Below are positions 49,122 through 57,210 of a stretch of DNA of 64,000 bases, piece after piece (the first letter of the stretch is position 1; every line of letters starts with the position of its first letter). The stretch lies in IMG/VR virus record IMGVR_UViG_3300045988_147517, positions 1-64,000 of that record; one strand, 5' to 3'. The position numbers and the translations under genes are program-made. This DNA is from a virus. The notes under the pieces were generated by a model. It made no database searches, was not told the DNA's origin, and saw only the letters and a program-made list of their open reading frames with translations.

Positions 49122-49676
49122 TTACATGATGTGGCCGTATCTTTGCAAAAGTCTTAAACCGTCAACCATTTCGCTTAAAGACTCGTCAAAATTATCAGAA
49201 GTTTCATCCTTACTTTCTTCTTCTTGTTCTTCCTCTTCGTCATATCCTATCATATCAACTATAAGCGCAAATGAAGTGAATATTTCTTCCTCAGAAACTT
49301 CTTCATTGTTTTCAATCTTTTCTTCAATTTTATTAAGATATTCTAAAGCATGTAAAAGTTTAAATGCTTCTGATATTTCGGAATTTTCATCCTCCAATTC
49401 AATGGCTGTCCTTTTTGTAGAGCCACAAGCTTTAGGTTCTGCATCGATGCACCATTCAGAGCTTACTTTTAATAATTCGCCGTCTTCCGCCTCTACAATA
49501 TAAGACTTTTCATTTTCACCCAATAATTCATCATGCCAAAATTCTCCTACTATCGGCATCATATCCATTTTATCATATGGCATTTCGATGCCCATTTCAT
49601 TGGTTAAAGCTTTCCCGGCTTCATAGACATTCTTACCTACAACCTCAATCATTTTTTCTTTACTAAATACTAGCAT
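49122..49676 (-). CDS. Hypothetical acidic protein
   Basis: SD aaggag. Confidence 0.5.
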   Translation of the reverse strand: MLVFSKEKMIEVVGKNVYEAGKALTNEMGIEMPYDKMDMMPIVGEFWHDELLGENEKSYIVEAEDGELLKVSSEWCIDAEPKACGSTKRTAIELEDENSEISEAFKLLHALEYLNKIEEKIENNEEVSEEEIFTSFALIVDMIGYDEEEEQEEESKDETSDNFDESLSEMVDGLRLLQRYGHIM

Positions 49677-49719
49677 TTTGTTCTCCTTTTTTATATAAAT
49701 TTTAAAAATTAAATATAAT

Positions 49720-49851
49720 TCATGTTAACTTTAAACAATGGTAAAAGTCAATCAAATTTAAATACATTCTAATTTAAACACAGATTCAACGCTTCTCGCT
49801 CAATAACCTTACGGTTAAGTATCAACGAGCTAACCCCGGTTTAACCTCGGT
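49720..49851 (-). ncRNA. Stand-alone omegaRNA-like gene, copy B (scaffold + CRISPR-repeat-like segment + candidate guide)
   Basis: Minus-strand sequence is aaccgaggttaaaccggggttagctcgttgatacTTAACCgtaaGGTTAttgagcgagaagcg-ttgaat-ctgtGTTTAAattagaatgtatttaaat-ttgattgac.... A consensus promoter ends 6 nt upstream. Confidence 0.6.
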
Positions 49852-49857
49852 TCTTTG

Positions 49858-49886
49858 ATTATAACATATAATTTTTGTTATGTCAA
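49858..49886 (-). promoter_or_regulatory. Consensus sigma70-type promoter driving omegaRNA copy B
   Basis: TTGACA-taacaaaaattatatgt-TATAAT on the minus strand. The predicted start is ~49851, at the first conserved scaffold nucleotides. Confidence 0.7.
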
Positions 49887-49895
49887 ATTTATTTT

Positions 49896-50237
49896 TTAAT
49901 CATCCCATTCAATATCTGGGTATGGATTTCTATTAATTTCGTCTATATAGAATTCCCCGTAAAACCAATCTTTTAAATTGATATATATTTCATTTATTTC
50001 TTGCAATGTTTTTTCGATAAATTCATTTATTTCTTCGTCATCATATTTATTATCAGCAAAATACTTTTCACTATTAAATATTTTACAAAATGGATAAGAA
50101 TGCACTTCAACTTTTACATGAATGCACCAACCACAATAGCGATAATTTATAATTATATCAAATGGCAAGTCGTATAAATCGTATAATTCTTTACATTCTT
50201 TTGTTTTATTTTCATAATAATATTTTTTAGTAATCAT
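49896..50237 (-). CDS. Hypothetical protein
   Basis: It starts 27 nt after the last array repeat. Confidence 0.5.
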   Translation of the reverse strand: MITKKYYYENKTKECKELYDLYDLPFDIIINYRYCGWCIHVKVEVHSYPFCKIFNSEKYFADNKYDDEEINEFIEKTLQEINEIYINLKDWFYGEFYIDEINRNPYPDIEWDD

Positions 50238-50264
50238 TTTACCCCTACTTTATTTAAACATTCC

Positions 50265-50492
50265 ATTCAAATACATCTCGTGTTAAACACAAACTTTGGC
50301 ACTTGATGTCTATTTTTTCTGGAAATTAAAATTTAAATGCATCTCATGTTAAACACAAACCCCGGCATCTATTACCGGAGACAAACAAATAGTAAGATTT
50401 AAATACATCTCATGTTAAACACAAACCCTAATCGTCTATATCTGCGCCTTTTAGAATATCTAATTTAAATACATCTCATGTTAAACACAAAC
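50265..50492 (-). CRISPR. CRISPR-like mini-array: 4 x 30-bp repeats, 3 x 36-bp spacers, adjacent to tnpB
   Basis: Repeats lie at 50463-50492, 50397-50426, 50331-50360 (1 mismatch) and 50265-50294 (2 mismatches). Coding-strand consensus is GTTTGTGTTTAACATGAGATGTATTTAAAT. The period is exactly 66 bp and the spacers are unrelated to each other. Confidence 0.75.
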
Positions 50493-50602
50493 TATAGTAT
50501 TTATCTCATTCTCATTACGCTAACATTTGATGCTTCTCACTCGATAGTCTAATGACTAAGCATAAATGAGCTATCCCCGGTTTAACCTCGGTTGGTGGTA
50601 AG
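50493..50602 (-). ncRNA. TnpB omegaRNA scaffold, copy C (cis copy) plus degenerate repeat-like linker
   Basis: It starts right after the tnpB stop: cttaccaccaaccgaggttaaaccggggatagctcatttatgcTTAGTCattaGACTAtcgagtgagaagca, then tcaaa-tgttagcgtaatgagaatgagataaatac-tatag leading into repeat 1. Confidence 0.65.
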
Positions 50603-51751
50603 TTAATTTACCAGCCGCTTTCCTTCTTTTAGAATATTTTTAGCGGCATTTATATCCCTATCCTCTTTGTAGCCACAAACCGGGCATACAAAGGTTTTTT
50701 CGGATAAAATATTCTCTTCTATTACATGTTCACACTTATGGCACGTCTTTGAGCTTGGGAAAAATGTATTTACTTGTACATATTTATGGCCATATTCTTC
50801 TGCTTTATACGCTAACATTTGGCAGAAATTAAAGTACCCTATATCGGTAATAGCAGAATTAAAATTTTTCTTTGTTCTATTTAAAAACCCTTCTTTCTCT
50901 TTATTCTGTTTCATCATTTCTTGCAATTTAAGTTTCTCAACCGCAATAATTTTATTATCTCTCGCAATCTTCCTACTCAAATTATGTGCGAAATATGCTC
51001 TTTGTCTAGCAATTTTCTGATGAACTTTCGCTACTTTAATACGTTGTTTTTCGTAATTTTTACTACCACGTTGACAATGACTTAATTTGCGTTGCTCTCT
51101 GGCTAAACGTTCTTTGCTTTTCTTATAGTAGTTAGGATAATCTGGAATACTTCCTTTATTATCCACAAAGTAATCTCGTGATGAAAAATCAAGCCCGATG
51201 GATTGGGATTTCCCTTTCTTCTGTTTCATTTTAAATTCAATGCAGAAGGCAATATAGTATTCCCCTGATGGTGTCCTAGAAAGTGTTGCATCACATATTT
51301 TTGCATCATCTGGAATTGGCCTATCAACAATCATTTTGACGGTTGTTGACAATTTTGGAATTTTAACTCTATTACCTTCAATACGCAACCCATTACCGCC
51401 AACTGTATTTCTCGTTTTAAAGCTATCCCTACATCTACCACGCTTCTTAAATTTAGGAAATCCGGGCTTTTCCCCATTTTTTAATCTTCTAAAAAAGTTT
51501 TTATACGCCTGTTCTAAATCCCGCTGAACAAAATTTAAGGCATGTGCATCCACTTCTTTTAACCAAGTATTATCTGCTTTATATGAAGCGTAGCTCGTCT
51601 TTAATGACTTCCCCGTCTCTTCATAATGCTTTATTTTGTCAGCAAGCATAGCATTCCAAATCCATCTGCAAGCGCCAAATGTTTTATTTAAATATTCTCT
51701 CTGTTCTTTATTTGGGTAGATACGATATTTATAACCTCTAACTACTAACAT
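50603..51751 (-). CDS. tnpB: TnpB-family RNA-guided nuclease (382 aa), no tnpA
   Basis: N-terminus YKYRIYPNKEQREYLNKTFGACRWIWN. RuvC-I SIGLDFS, RuvC-II IIAVEKL. Zinc finger CHKCEH...CPVCGY. RuvC-III EDRDINAAKNI. Confidence 0.85.
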   Translation of the reverse strand: MLVVRGYKYRIYPNKEQREYLNKTFGACRWIWNAMLADKIKHYEETGKSLKTSYASYKADNTWLKEVDAHALNFVQRDLEQAYKNFFRRLKNGEKPGFPKFKKRGRCRDSFKTRNTVGGNGLRIEGNRVKIPKLSTTVKMIVDRPIPDDAKICDATLSRTPSGEYYIAFCIEFKMKQKKGKSQSIGLDFSSRDYFVDNKGSIPDYPNYYKKSKERLAREQRKLSHCQRGSKNYEKQRIKVAKVHQKIARQRAYFAHNLSRKIARDNKIIAVEKLKLQEMMKQNKEKEGFLNRTKKNFNSAITDIGYFNFCQMLAYKAEEYGHKYVQVNTFFPSSKTCHKCEHVIEENILSEKTFVCPVCGYKEDRDINAAKNILKEGKRLVN

Positions 51752-51779
51752 TTTCTTACCTCATCAACTTTATGTCTAT

Positions 51780-51808
51780 ATTATATCATGTTGGCGCTTA
51801 CTTGTCAA
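51780..51808 (-). promoter_or_regulatory. Consensus sigma70-type promoter driving tnpB (AAGCGCCAA motif in the spacer)
   Basis: TTGACA-agtaagcgccaacatga-TATAAT on the minus strand, ~28 nt before the tnpB ATG (SD gaggt). Confidence 0.7.
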
Positions 51809-52236
51809 CCATTTTTAAAAAAATTTTTTATTTTTTCTTTCTTCTCATTGCACTGTTTACTTTCATAGCCGTTACAACTATACCTATTATCACAATCTTT
51901 GCACATATTTATAATAGTATACACCGCTTCTTCTTTTGTAGTCGGGAAATCTATTTCAAAATCTTCTGGTGGCGTGTAGATACTATCGTCCTCACTCTCA
52001 TATTTTTCTTTTATTCTTTGCTTCTCTTCCTTCGGCAAACTCAATACTTCATCCCGCACTCTCTTAAAAATTCTTTCATTATCCACTGATAGATTCTGGC
52101 GCGATTTTTCTTCATTTTTCTGAGCAATCATCTCTTCTAACAACTTATCTCGCTCTTCCTCTGGAAGGGATTCTATAATCGGAACCAACCAATTTTCGAC
52201 AAACTCTTTCATAGTCATTACACAATCTTTACTCAT
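51805..52236 (-). CDS. Hypothetical protein
   Basis: SD aaggag, directly after the promoter at 52263..52291. Confidence 0.55.
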   Translation of the reverse strand: MSKDCVMTMKEFVENWLVPIIESLPEEERDKLLEEMIAQKNEEKSRQNLSVDNERIFKRVRDEVLSLPKEEKQRIKEKYESEDDSIYTPPEDFEIDFPTTKEEAVYTIINMCKDCDNRYSCNGYESKQCNEKKEKIKNFFKNG

Positions 52237-52262
52237 TAACTCTCACTCCTTACTTTACATAC

Positions 52263-52291
52263 ATTATAATACATTGTTTGCATGTTGTCAA
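52263..52291 (-). promoter_or_regulatory. Consensus sigma70-type promoter
   Basis: TTGACA-acatgcaaacaatgtat-TATAAT on the minus strand. Confidence 0.7.
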
Positions 52292-52362
52292 CAGTTTTTA
52301 TAAAAAATGTCTAAATATTTATAAAATCATTAAAAGGGCATTTTTATTGACAAAATGGCAGT

Positions 52363-52391
52363 AAAAAACCCTAGTAATTACTAGGGTTTTT
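52363..52391. terminator. Bidirectional rho-independent terminator
   Basis: Perfect palindrome CCCTAGTAATTACTAGGG flanked by A6 and T5. Confidence 0.7.
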
Positions 52392-52502
52392 ATTTTGACA
52401 TTTTAGTCATATAAGAAAAAGCCTATCGTCATGCTCATATGAACGTGATATTCTTTCAATTTTATTTTTATACATTATTAACTTATAATTATACATTATA
52501 TT

Positions 52503-52694
52503 TCAATCAATATCATTGCACCAATTTAAATCCATTTTATATTTAATGCCATCGTTCCCGACACACATCCAAACACCATCCGCTCTACAATAAACTCTGT
52601 TTCCATCGCAGGCTTCTACCCACTCTTCTTCAGCGGTGCCATCATAAGCGCCACCAATATCTTCTAAAAATTTTTCCTTACTGAAAACCATCAT
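52503..52694 (-). CDS. Hypothetical protein
   Basis: Operon ORF, followed by the terminator. Confidence 0.5.
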   Translation of the reverse strand: MMVFSKEKFLEDIGGAYDGTAEEEWVEACDGNRVYCRADGVWMCVGNDGIKYKMDLNWCNDID

Positions 52695-52786
52695 AATTAA
52701 TTAACCTCGCCTCTCGTCTAACTCTTTTATTGCCCAACTTCTTTATTTTCTTCTTCATTTTATGGTTGACATCAAACACCATCTGC

Positions 52787-53041
52787 TTATGCTGAATATA
52801 CTTTTTCCGCTGGTTGTCCATACGTGTCCAAACCTCCACTCTCAGGCTCAATTACAAGCGCCATCTTCTCACAATCTACTAAGCCGCCTTTAAGAATTAC
52901 CACATCACCTACGGCTGTCTTATGGATACTCTCACAATAGCCACTTGGCATTTCAACCACCACTTCTAAATTTCCGTCATATCTCTTTTTTGCCACATTT
53001 AATCTATTTAGCAACTCATTAATTGTCATATTTTTCTCCAA
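52787..53041 (-). CDS. Hypothetical protein
   Basis: Operon ORF. Confidence 0.5.
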   Translation of the reverse strand: MEKNMTINELLNRLNVAKKRYDGNLEVVVEMPSGYCESIHKTAVGDVVILKGGLVDCEKMALVIEPESGGLDTYGQPAEKVYSA

Positions 53042-53065
53042 AGTTATATTTTTAAAAGCATAATT

Positions 53066-53725
53066 TTATTTTTCCTTTTTATACCATGGTTTAAACCGTT
53101 TAATTCTGTCCAGAAGAGTGGCAGAATGTCCATTAAAAACAATCGCTCTGTCATCCACTACTGCAATGGCGGCTGGTTTACTATCCGTAATATCATCGAC
53201 CTTAATATCATTCTTATCTAGCCATTCTTTGATAGCCTCTCTTCCAATTTTCCATCGACATCTACTACTCTGAATAACTACACTATATCCCTTTTCACGC
53301 ATATCGTCAATAGCTTTTTTAATTCCTTTTGTTGGTGGGTCAAGGATGGTATCAATTCCATTGTAACCTGATTTGTAACTATTAACAACGCCATCAAAAT
53401 CAAGAACAATTGTTTGTTTGAATGGGGTTTCTGATTCTTTAACAAGTTCTAACATTGGCGCTGTAAAACTAAAAGGATAAAGTTCATTTTCACCTTCAAA
53501 TAAAATATAAATATTTTGAATATGTTTATCTAATAATGAATTATATATTATACCTATATCCATTACTACACCAACACATTCACATTTATCTCTCATTTCT
53601 AAAACGAAATAATCCCCTTCAATTTCTAAGTCATTTTCAGAATCAACTTCGTCACAAATATCTAATAATTCTTTAAGTGGACGAACCTTTACTGTATCGC
53701 CCACCCTGTATTTAATCCTACTCAT
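53066..53725 (-). CDS. Protein with C-terminal HAD-like phosphatase domain
   Basis: Motifs VLDFDGVVNSY and VVDDRA. The ATG at 53725 (ATGAGTAG overlap with the upstream stop) is preferred; the alternative start is 53755. Confidence 0.5.
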   Translation of the reverse strand: MSRIKYRVGDTVKVRPLKELLDICDEVDSENDLEIEGDYFVLEMRDKCECVGVVMDIGIIYNSLLDKHIQNIYILFEGENELYPFSFTAPMLELVKESETPFKQTIVLDFDGVVNSYKSGYNGIDTILDPPTKGIKKAIDDMREKGYSVVIQSSRCRWKIGREAIKEWLDKNDIKVDDITDSKPAAIAVVDDRAIVFNGHSATLLDRIKRFKPWYKKEK

Positions 53726-54035
53726 TTTCAACAAACATTTCTGGTGAAAAATCAAACATCCAATTTAAACCGCCATCTTCTGGTTTAAAATCAGGGTCTA
53801 AAAATCGCGCATCATGTAATAAGATTTTATTCGGCCCATTAACAGATGCAACATATCCTCTCATACCACATAATTTCTGCATATCTGGTGTAAAATAATT
53901 TGCAACCTTTCGATTTGATTTTGCGTTTGGATAAGTATATCCACACAAAAATGTACCATTTTCATCTGGCGCACCATACTCATTCAACAATTCTTCATAC
54001 GTTTTAATTCTTACAATATCGCCTTTTTTTACCAT
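53718..54035 (-). CDS. Hypothetical protein
   Basis: The start was moved to the ATG at 54035, after ggaggg. Confidence 0.5.
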   Translation of the reverse strand: MVKKGDIVRIKTYEELLNEYGAPDENGTFLCGYTYPNAKSNRKVANYFTPDMQKLCGMRGYVASVNGPNKILLHDARFLDPDFKPEDGGLNWMFDFSPEMFVENE

Positions 54036-54262
54036 TTTAAACCCTCCATCATATTTCTTTTTACCCAATATTCATTACTTGCCCTAATAAAATCTACATC
54101 CTCTTTACTAAGTTCTACTGCATCTTCCGGTACCGGATTTTTATCGGAAATAGTGCGAAAGTATACTCCGGCCTTATCAGCAGATGGAAACCACAAATCG
54201 CCCTCTTTAGGTTCGATTGGAGTTAGATTTTTATTCCAACACATTACTATTCTAGGTTCCAT
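54029..54262 (-). CDS. Hypothetical protein
   Basis: Operon ORF. Confidence 0.5.
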   Translation of the reverse strand: MEPRIVMCWNKNLTPIEPKEGDLWFPSADKAGVYFRTISDKNPVPEDAVELSKEDVDFIRASNEYWVKRNMMEGLKW

Positions 54263-54757
54263 TTATTCCTCCAAAATTAAACATTTAAAAATATAATTAT
54301 TTTCCCTTAAAAATTCTAATGGGATTAAATAACCAGCGCCATAGCAGTTATCCGTTTTATTCCAAAATCTACGATAATACTTACTTTCAACGCTCTGTTC
54401 GGTGCAAAATTTCTTAAGTCTAGGCCAATTAACAATATATGCAATACGATTAATGTCATCCACATAGCATAACAAATCGCTCCTACAATAATGTAACCAG
54501 CCCTTTTTATTTCCTTCTTGGCGCTCCATCATATCTTCAACAAAAATATTCTTGGTAGAATTAATGCGTTTATCAGCTTTAATTTCCATGAAATATTTCT
54601 TATTATTGATAATTATTTCTGCGTCAATATCATATTTTTGGTACTCTTTATTTTTGCTGGTATCTATTACTTGAAGCCCAACACTCCTCAATTTATCAAA
54701 TACAATATTTTCAAATTTCTTTCCATACCTTAAATCAGTTGTAAAATTTCTTTCCAT
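54263..54757 (-). CDS. Possible PD-(D/E)XK-fold nuclease
   Basis: D...E.K pattern YDIDAEIIINNKKYFMEIKADK; this is motif-level evidence only. Confidence 0.35.
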   Translation of the reverse strand: MERNFTTDLRYGKKFENIVFDKLRSVGLQVIDTSKNKEYQKYDIDAEIIINNKKYFMEIKADKRINSTKNIFVEDMMERQEGNKKGWLHYCRSDLLCYVDDINRIAYIVNWPRLKKFCTEQSVESKYYRRFWNKTDNCYGAGYLIPLEFLRENNYIFKCLILEE

Positions 54758-55692
54758 TTTAAAGCCGAACCTATGTTTGGGTAACTTTGAGAACTCATTA
54801 AAATATTAATTAATTCCGAAATATCCATTCCATATTCACACATTACTTCAATAGTATCTTTAATAAACTCAAGATTTCTCAAATCATCATGCGTATAATA
54901 AGTAATTAAATTTAAGAGTCTTCCTTTCTCATCATAAACACTTTCTTCTAACAATGATTTGATTTTATTAAAATAAAATACTAAAAGAAAATCTCTTCCC
55001 ATATCACACAATTCTTCTTTATATTCATCTTTGCATTTCATAAATGATGGAAAGTTTTCTATATCTTGAATAATATGTTCAGCCCAATTTATATCCATAG
55101 TATACAAAGGAATATATTCTTGCAATACTATTTTTGATGCCACAATTTTCCAATTTTCATCTTTAATACATTTTTCATAATATTTTTTAGAAACATAAGC
55201 TTTTACTTTGAATAATTTTGATTCTCTTATGCTATATGCATCGACAGTTTCCATTGGCGAATTGGAAAAGTGAAACCCTTGCAGACATAAAATTGGAAAA
55301 TCCACGCTGTATTCTTTTCCAATTTCATATTTTAATCCTTTTGAAACCATATTAAATGGAACGCGTTTATATCCTTCTACCCAAATTTTCTCCTCTTCGT
55401 CATAGAGTTCCTTCATTGTATTATAAGCAACCCCATCTTTGTTTTGAATATCAAATTCACCTACTTTCAAAAGCGAAAGTCCACCACGAATTTCATAATA
55501 AAACAACCCATCATTGAAATCATAAATACTATTACGCAGTGGGCTACTATCTAATTCCTTTTTCAAATTTTCAATTTTCCTTTCTCTTTCTGACATCGGC
55601 TCTTCCTTATTCATTTCATCATTAATATCTTCAATTTCTTCATTTGATGATGCCACTTTACCATTCGTATTACCTTTATTAAACCAAAACAT
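54730..55692 (-). CDS. Hypothetical protein (320 aa)
   Basis: SD aaggagg. Confidence 0.55.
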   Translation of the reverse strand: MFWFNKGNTNGKVASSNEEIEDINDEMNKEEPMSERERKIENLKKELDSSPLRNSIYDFNDGLFYYEIRGGLSLLKVGEFDIQNKDGVAYNTMKELYDEEEKIWVEGYKRVPFNMVSKGLKYEIGKEYSVDFPILCLQGFHFSNSPMETVDAYSIRESKLFKVKAYVSKKYYEKCIKDENWKIVASKIVLQEYIPLYTMDINWAEHIIQDIENFPSFMKCKDEYKEELCDMGRDFLLVFYFNKIKSLLEESVYDEKGRLLNLITYYTHDDLRNLEFIKDTIEVMCEYGMDISELINILMSSQSYPNIGSALKWKEILQLI

Positions 55693-55704
55693 TATATTTC
55701 CTCC

Positions 55705-55884
55705 TTATACCCAAATGCAAACTACAACAGAAATAAAAAAACAAATCATACATACTATTAAAGCACCCATAAAAAGTCCGGCTATTTTTCTGCTATTCCT
55801 ACTAGGAAAATCACTAAAAATACATACTAAAATTGCAAATAGTAGCCCCAATATTATAAATGTTACTACAAATTTTTGCGCCAT
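55705..55884 (-). CDS. Small hydrophobic membrane protein (59 aa, below the ORF-track cutoff)
   Basis: SD agaggt before the ATG. Translation is MAQKFVVTFIILGLLFAILVCIF.... It is preferred over the antisense 78-aa plus-strand track ORF at 55715..55951. Confidence 0.5.
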   Translation of the reverse strand: MAQKFVVTFIILGLLFAILVCIFSDFPSRNSRKIAGLFMGALIVCMICFFISVVVCIWV

Positions 55885-56029
55885 ATTATACCTCTTTCTT
55901 TTTAAAACCCCTAGTAGTCAATCGGCCAAAATTAGTTTTATTATTATTTAAATTTAAACTGTAAAATAAACACCTACTAGGGGCATAGCGGCCTTCGAGA
56001 GATTGTAATCGCTCCCTCACCATATCTAT

Positions 56030-56058
56030 ATTATACAACAAAAGCGCCAATATGTCAA
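56030..56058 (-). promoter_or_regulatory. Consensus sigma70-type promoter with TTGGCGCT motif in the spacer
   Basis: TTGACA-tattggcgcttttgttg-TATAAT on the minus strand. It is followed by a ~135-nt structured leader. Confidence 0.65.
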
Positions 56059-56083
56059 TAGATTTCTGGCGCTTTTTAAAATT

Positions 56084-56347
56084 TTATTCGTGAAACAGAA
56101 AATAATAGGATTTTTCAATGGGGTATGCGTTAATAATTTTAATCTTTGGATTTGTCAATAATTCTAAATCTTCATTATAAGCATTTGCATAATATACAAT
56201 TTTATAAGCTAAAGCCTTCTCTGTACTAATAATATACTCAGGTACCTCCATATCATCATTTTTAATTACCACACAAAACCCGCAATATAATCCTTCCGTA
56301 TCATCTTTTGTTTCAAACATCATTTTTAATAATTCAGTCTTTTTCAT
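56084..56347 (-). CDS. Hypothetical protein
   Basis: Operon ORF. Confidence 0.5.
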   Translation of the reverse strand: MKKTELLKMMFETKDDTEGLYCGFCVVIKNDDMEVPEYIISTEKALAYKIVYYANAYNEDLELLTNPKIKIINAYPIEKSYYFLFHE

Positions 56348-56928
56348 CGTTTTAAAATTTTTACTCCTACTAATTCTTCAATTAAATCTCGATAGCGCGA
56401 TTCGGCTTCGAGCAATCGTGCATCACCATAATTAATCACGTCTTGCAACCCTTCGTTTCTTTTTCGGAGCGCCACAATCAAATCCTCGTATTCGCGAATT
56501 TTTGATTTATTTTCATCCATTTCATCACGAAACTTCTTTACTTCACTTTCATTTTCGTTTTTTAATTCAGTGATTTCATTATCTAAAGCATTAAGCTTAT
56601 CTATTCTAGTTCTAATAAACAAACTATTTAACTCTGCATCTTGCTCCGTTTCTTCTTTTACTGCTTCAATTTTATAAAGTGTAATGGCAATTTCTTCTTT
56701 GCGGTCTGTTAATAGAACCCATGGATTTGAAAAGAAAATATGGACAAAATTTCCATCTTCTTTAGTTTTTCCCTCATAAATTTTAGTGCCATATTCATAC
56801 ATTTTGTTAACACGTTCACTAATTTTATCTTCATTTTGGGCAATGTAGGTATTAATAGATAGTTTCTCATCCCTTCCCATGATACGTTCTGCGTATCTTT
56901 CTTGGCAATGTTTGCTAACTTTTAACAT
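56344..56928 (-). CDS. Hypothetical coiled-coil protein
   Basis: Operon ORF with an ATGA overlap. Confidence 0.5.
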   Translation of the reverse strand: MLKVSKHCQERYAERIMGRDEKLSINTYIAQNEDKISERVNKMYEYGTKIYEGKTKEDGNFVHIFFSNPWVLLTDRKEEIAITLYKIEAVKEETEQDAELNSLFIRTRIDKLNALDNEITELKNENESEVKKFRDEMDENKSKIREYEDLIVALRKRNEGLQDVINYGDARLLEAESRYRDLIEELVGVKILKR

Positions 56929-57185
56929 GAACTACTCCTATCTTCGTCTTTATTCATAGCAGTGACTTTTGGCTGAGTGTTCGGGTCGATTCTAAAAGGA
57001 TTCAGATGTCTAGGCGCTGTTACAAATGGATAGTTTTCTCTAAAATTTTTACAACTTATATTTATTTCAAATGAATCGCTATGTTGAATGCCGTCTACTT
57101 TATCTTGTAGCGCGTATGCTTCTTCAATATTCTTACATACGTCATGATGATTACATAAGTCGCATTTTTCTCTCATATTACTCAT
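56922..57185 (-). CDS. Hypothetical Cys-containing protein
   Basis: SD aggagg. Confidence 0.5.
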   Translation of the reverse strand: MSNMREKCDLCNHHDVCKNIEEAYALQDKVDGIQHSDSFEINISCKNFRENYPFVTAPRHLNPFRIDPNTQPKVTAMNKDEDRSSSC

Positions 57186-57210
57186 TTAGTTTTCCTCCTT
57201 TTTTATTTTG

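Noticed and set aside
50295-50462. Possible self-targeting by the three array spacers, or by the candidate guides of A, B and D, within this window.
   Set aside because: Scanning by eye for distinctive k-mers found no convincing match in the 64 kb, apart from D's relation to the displaced gene fragment. This is not an exhaustive search and needs BLAST.
55715-55951. A plus-strand 78-aa ORF in the gap between 54730..55692 and the promoter at 56030.
   Set aside because: A minus-strand 59-codon ORF (55705..55884) has a good SD, is co-oriented with the operon and encodes a plausible membrane protein. It explains the region better.
55905-56029. The leader downstream of promoter 56030 as a fifth omegaRNA copy.
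   Set aside because: It shares only short AT-rich end similarity with the repeat and has no homology to the A-D scaffold core or hairpin. It is kept as a separate low-interest finding.
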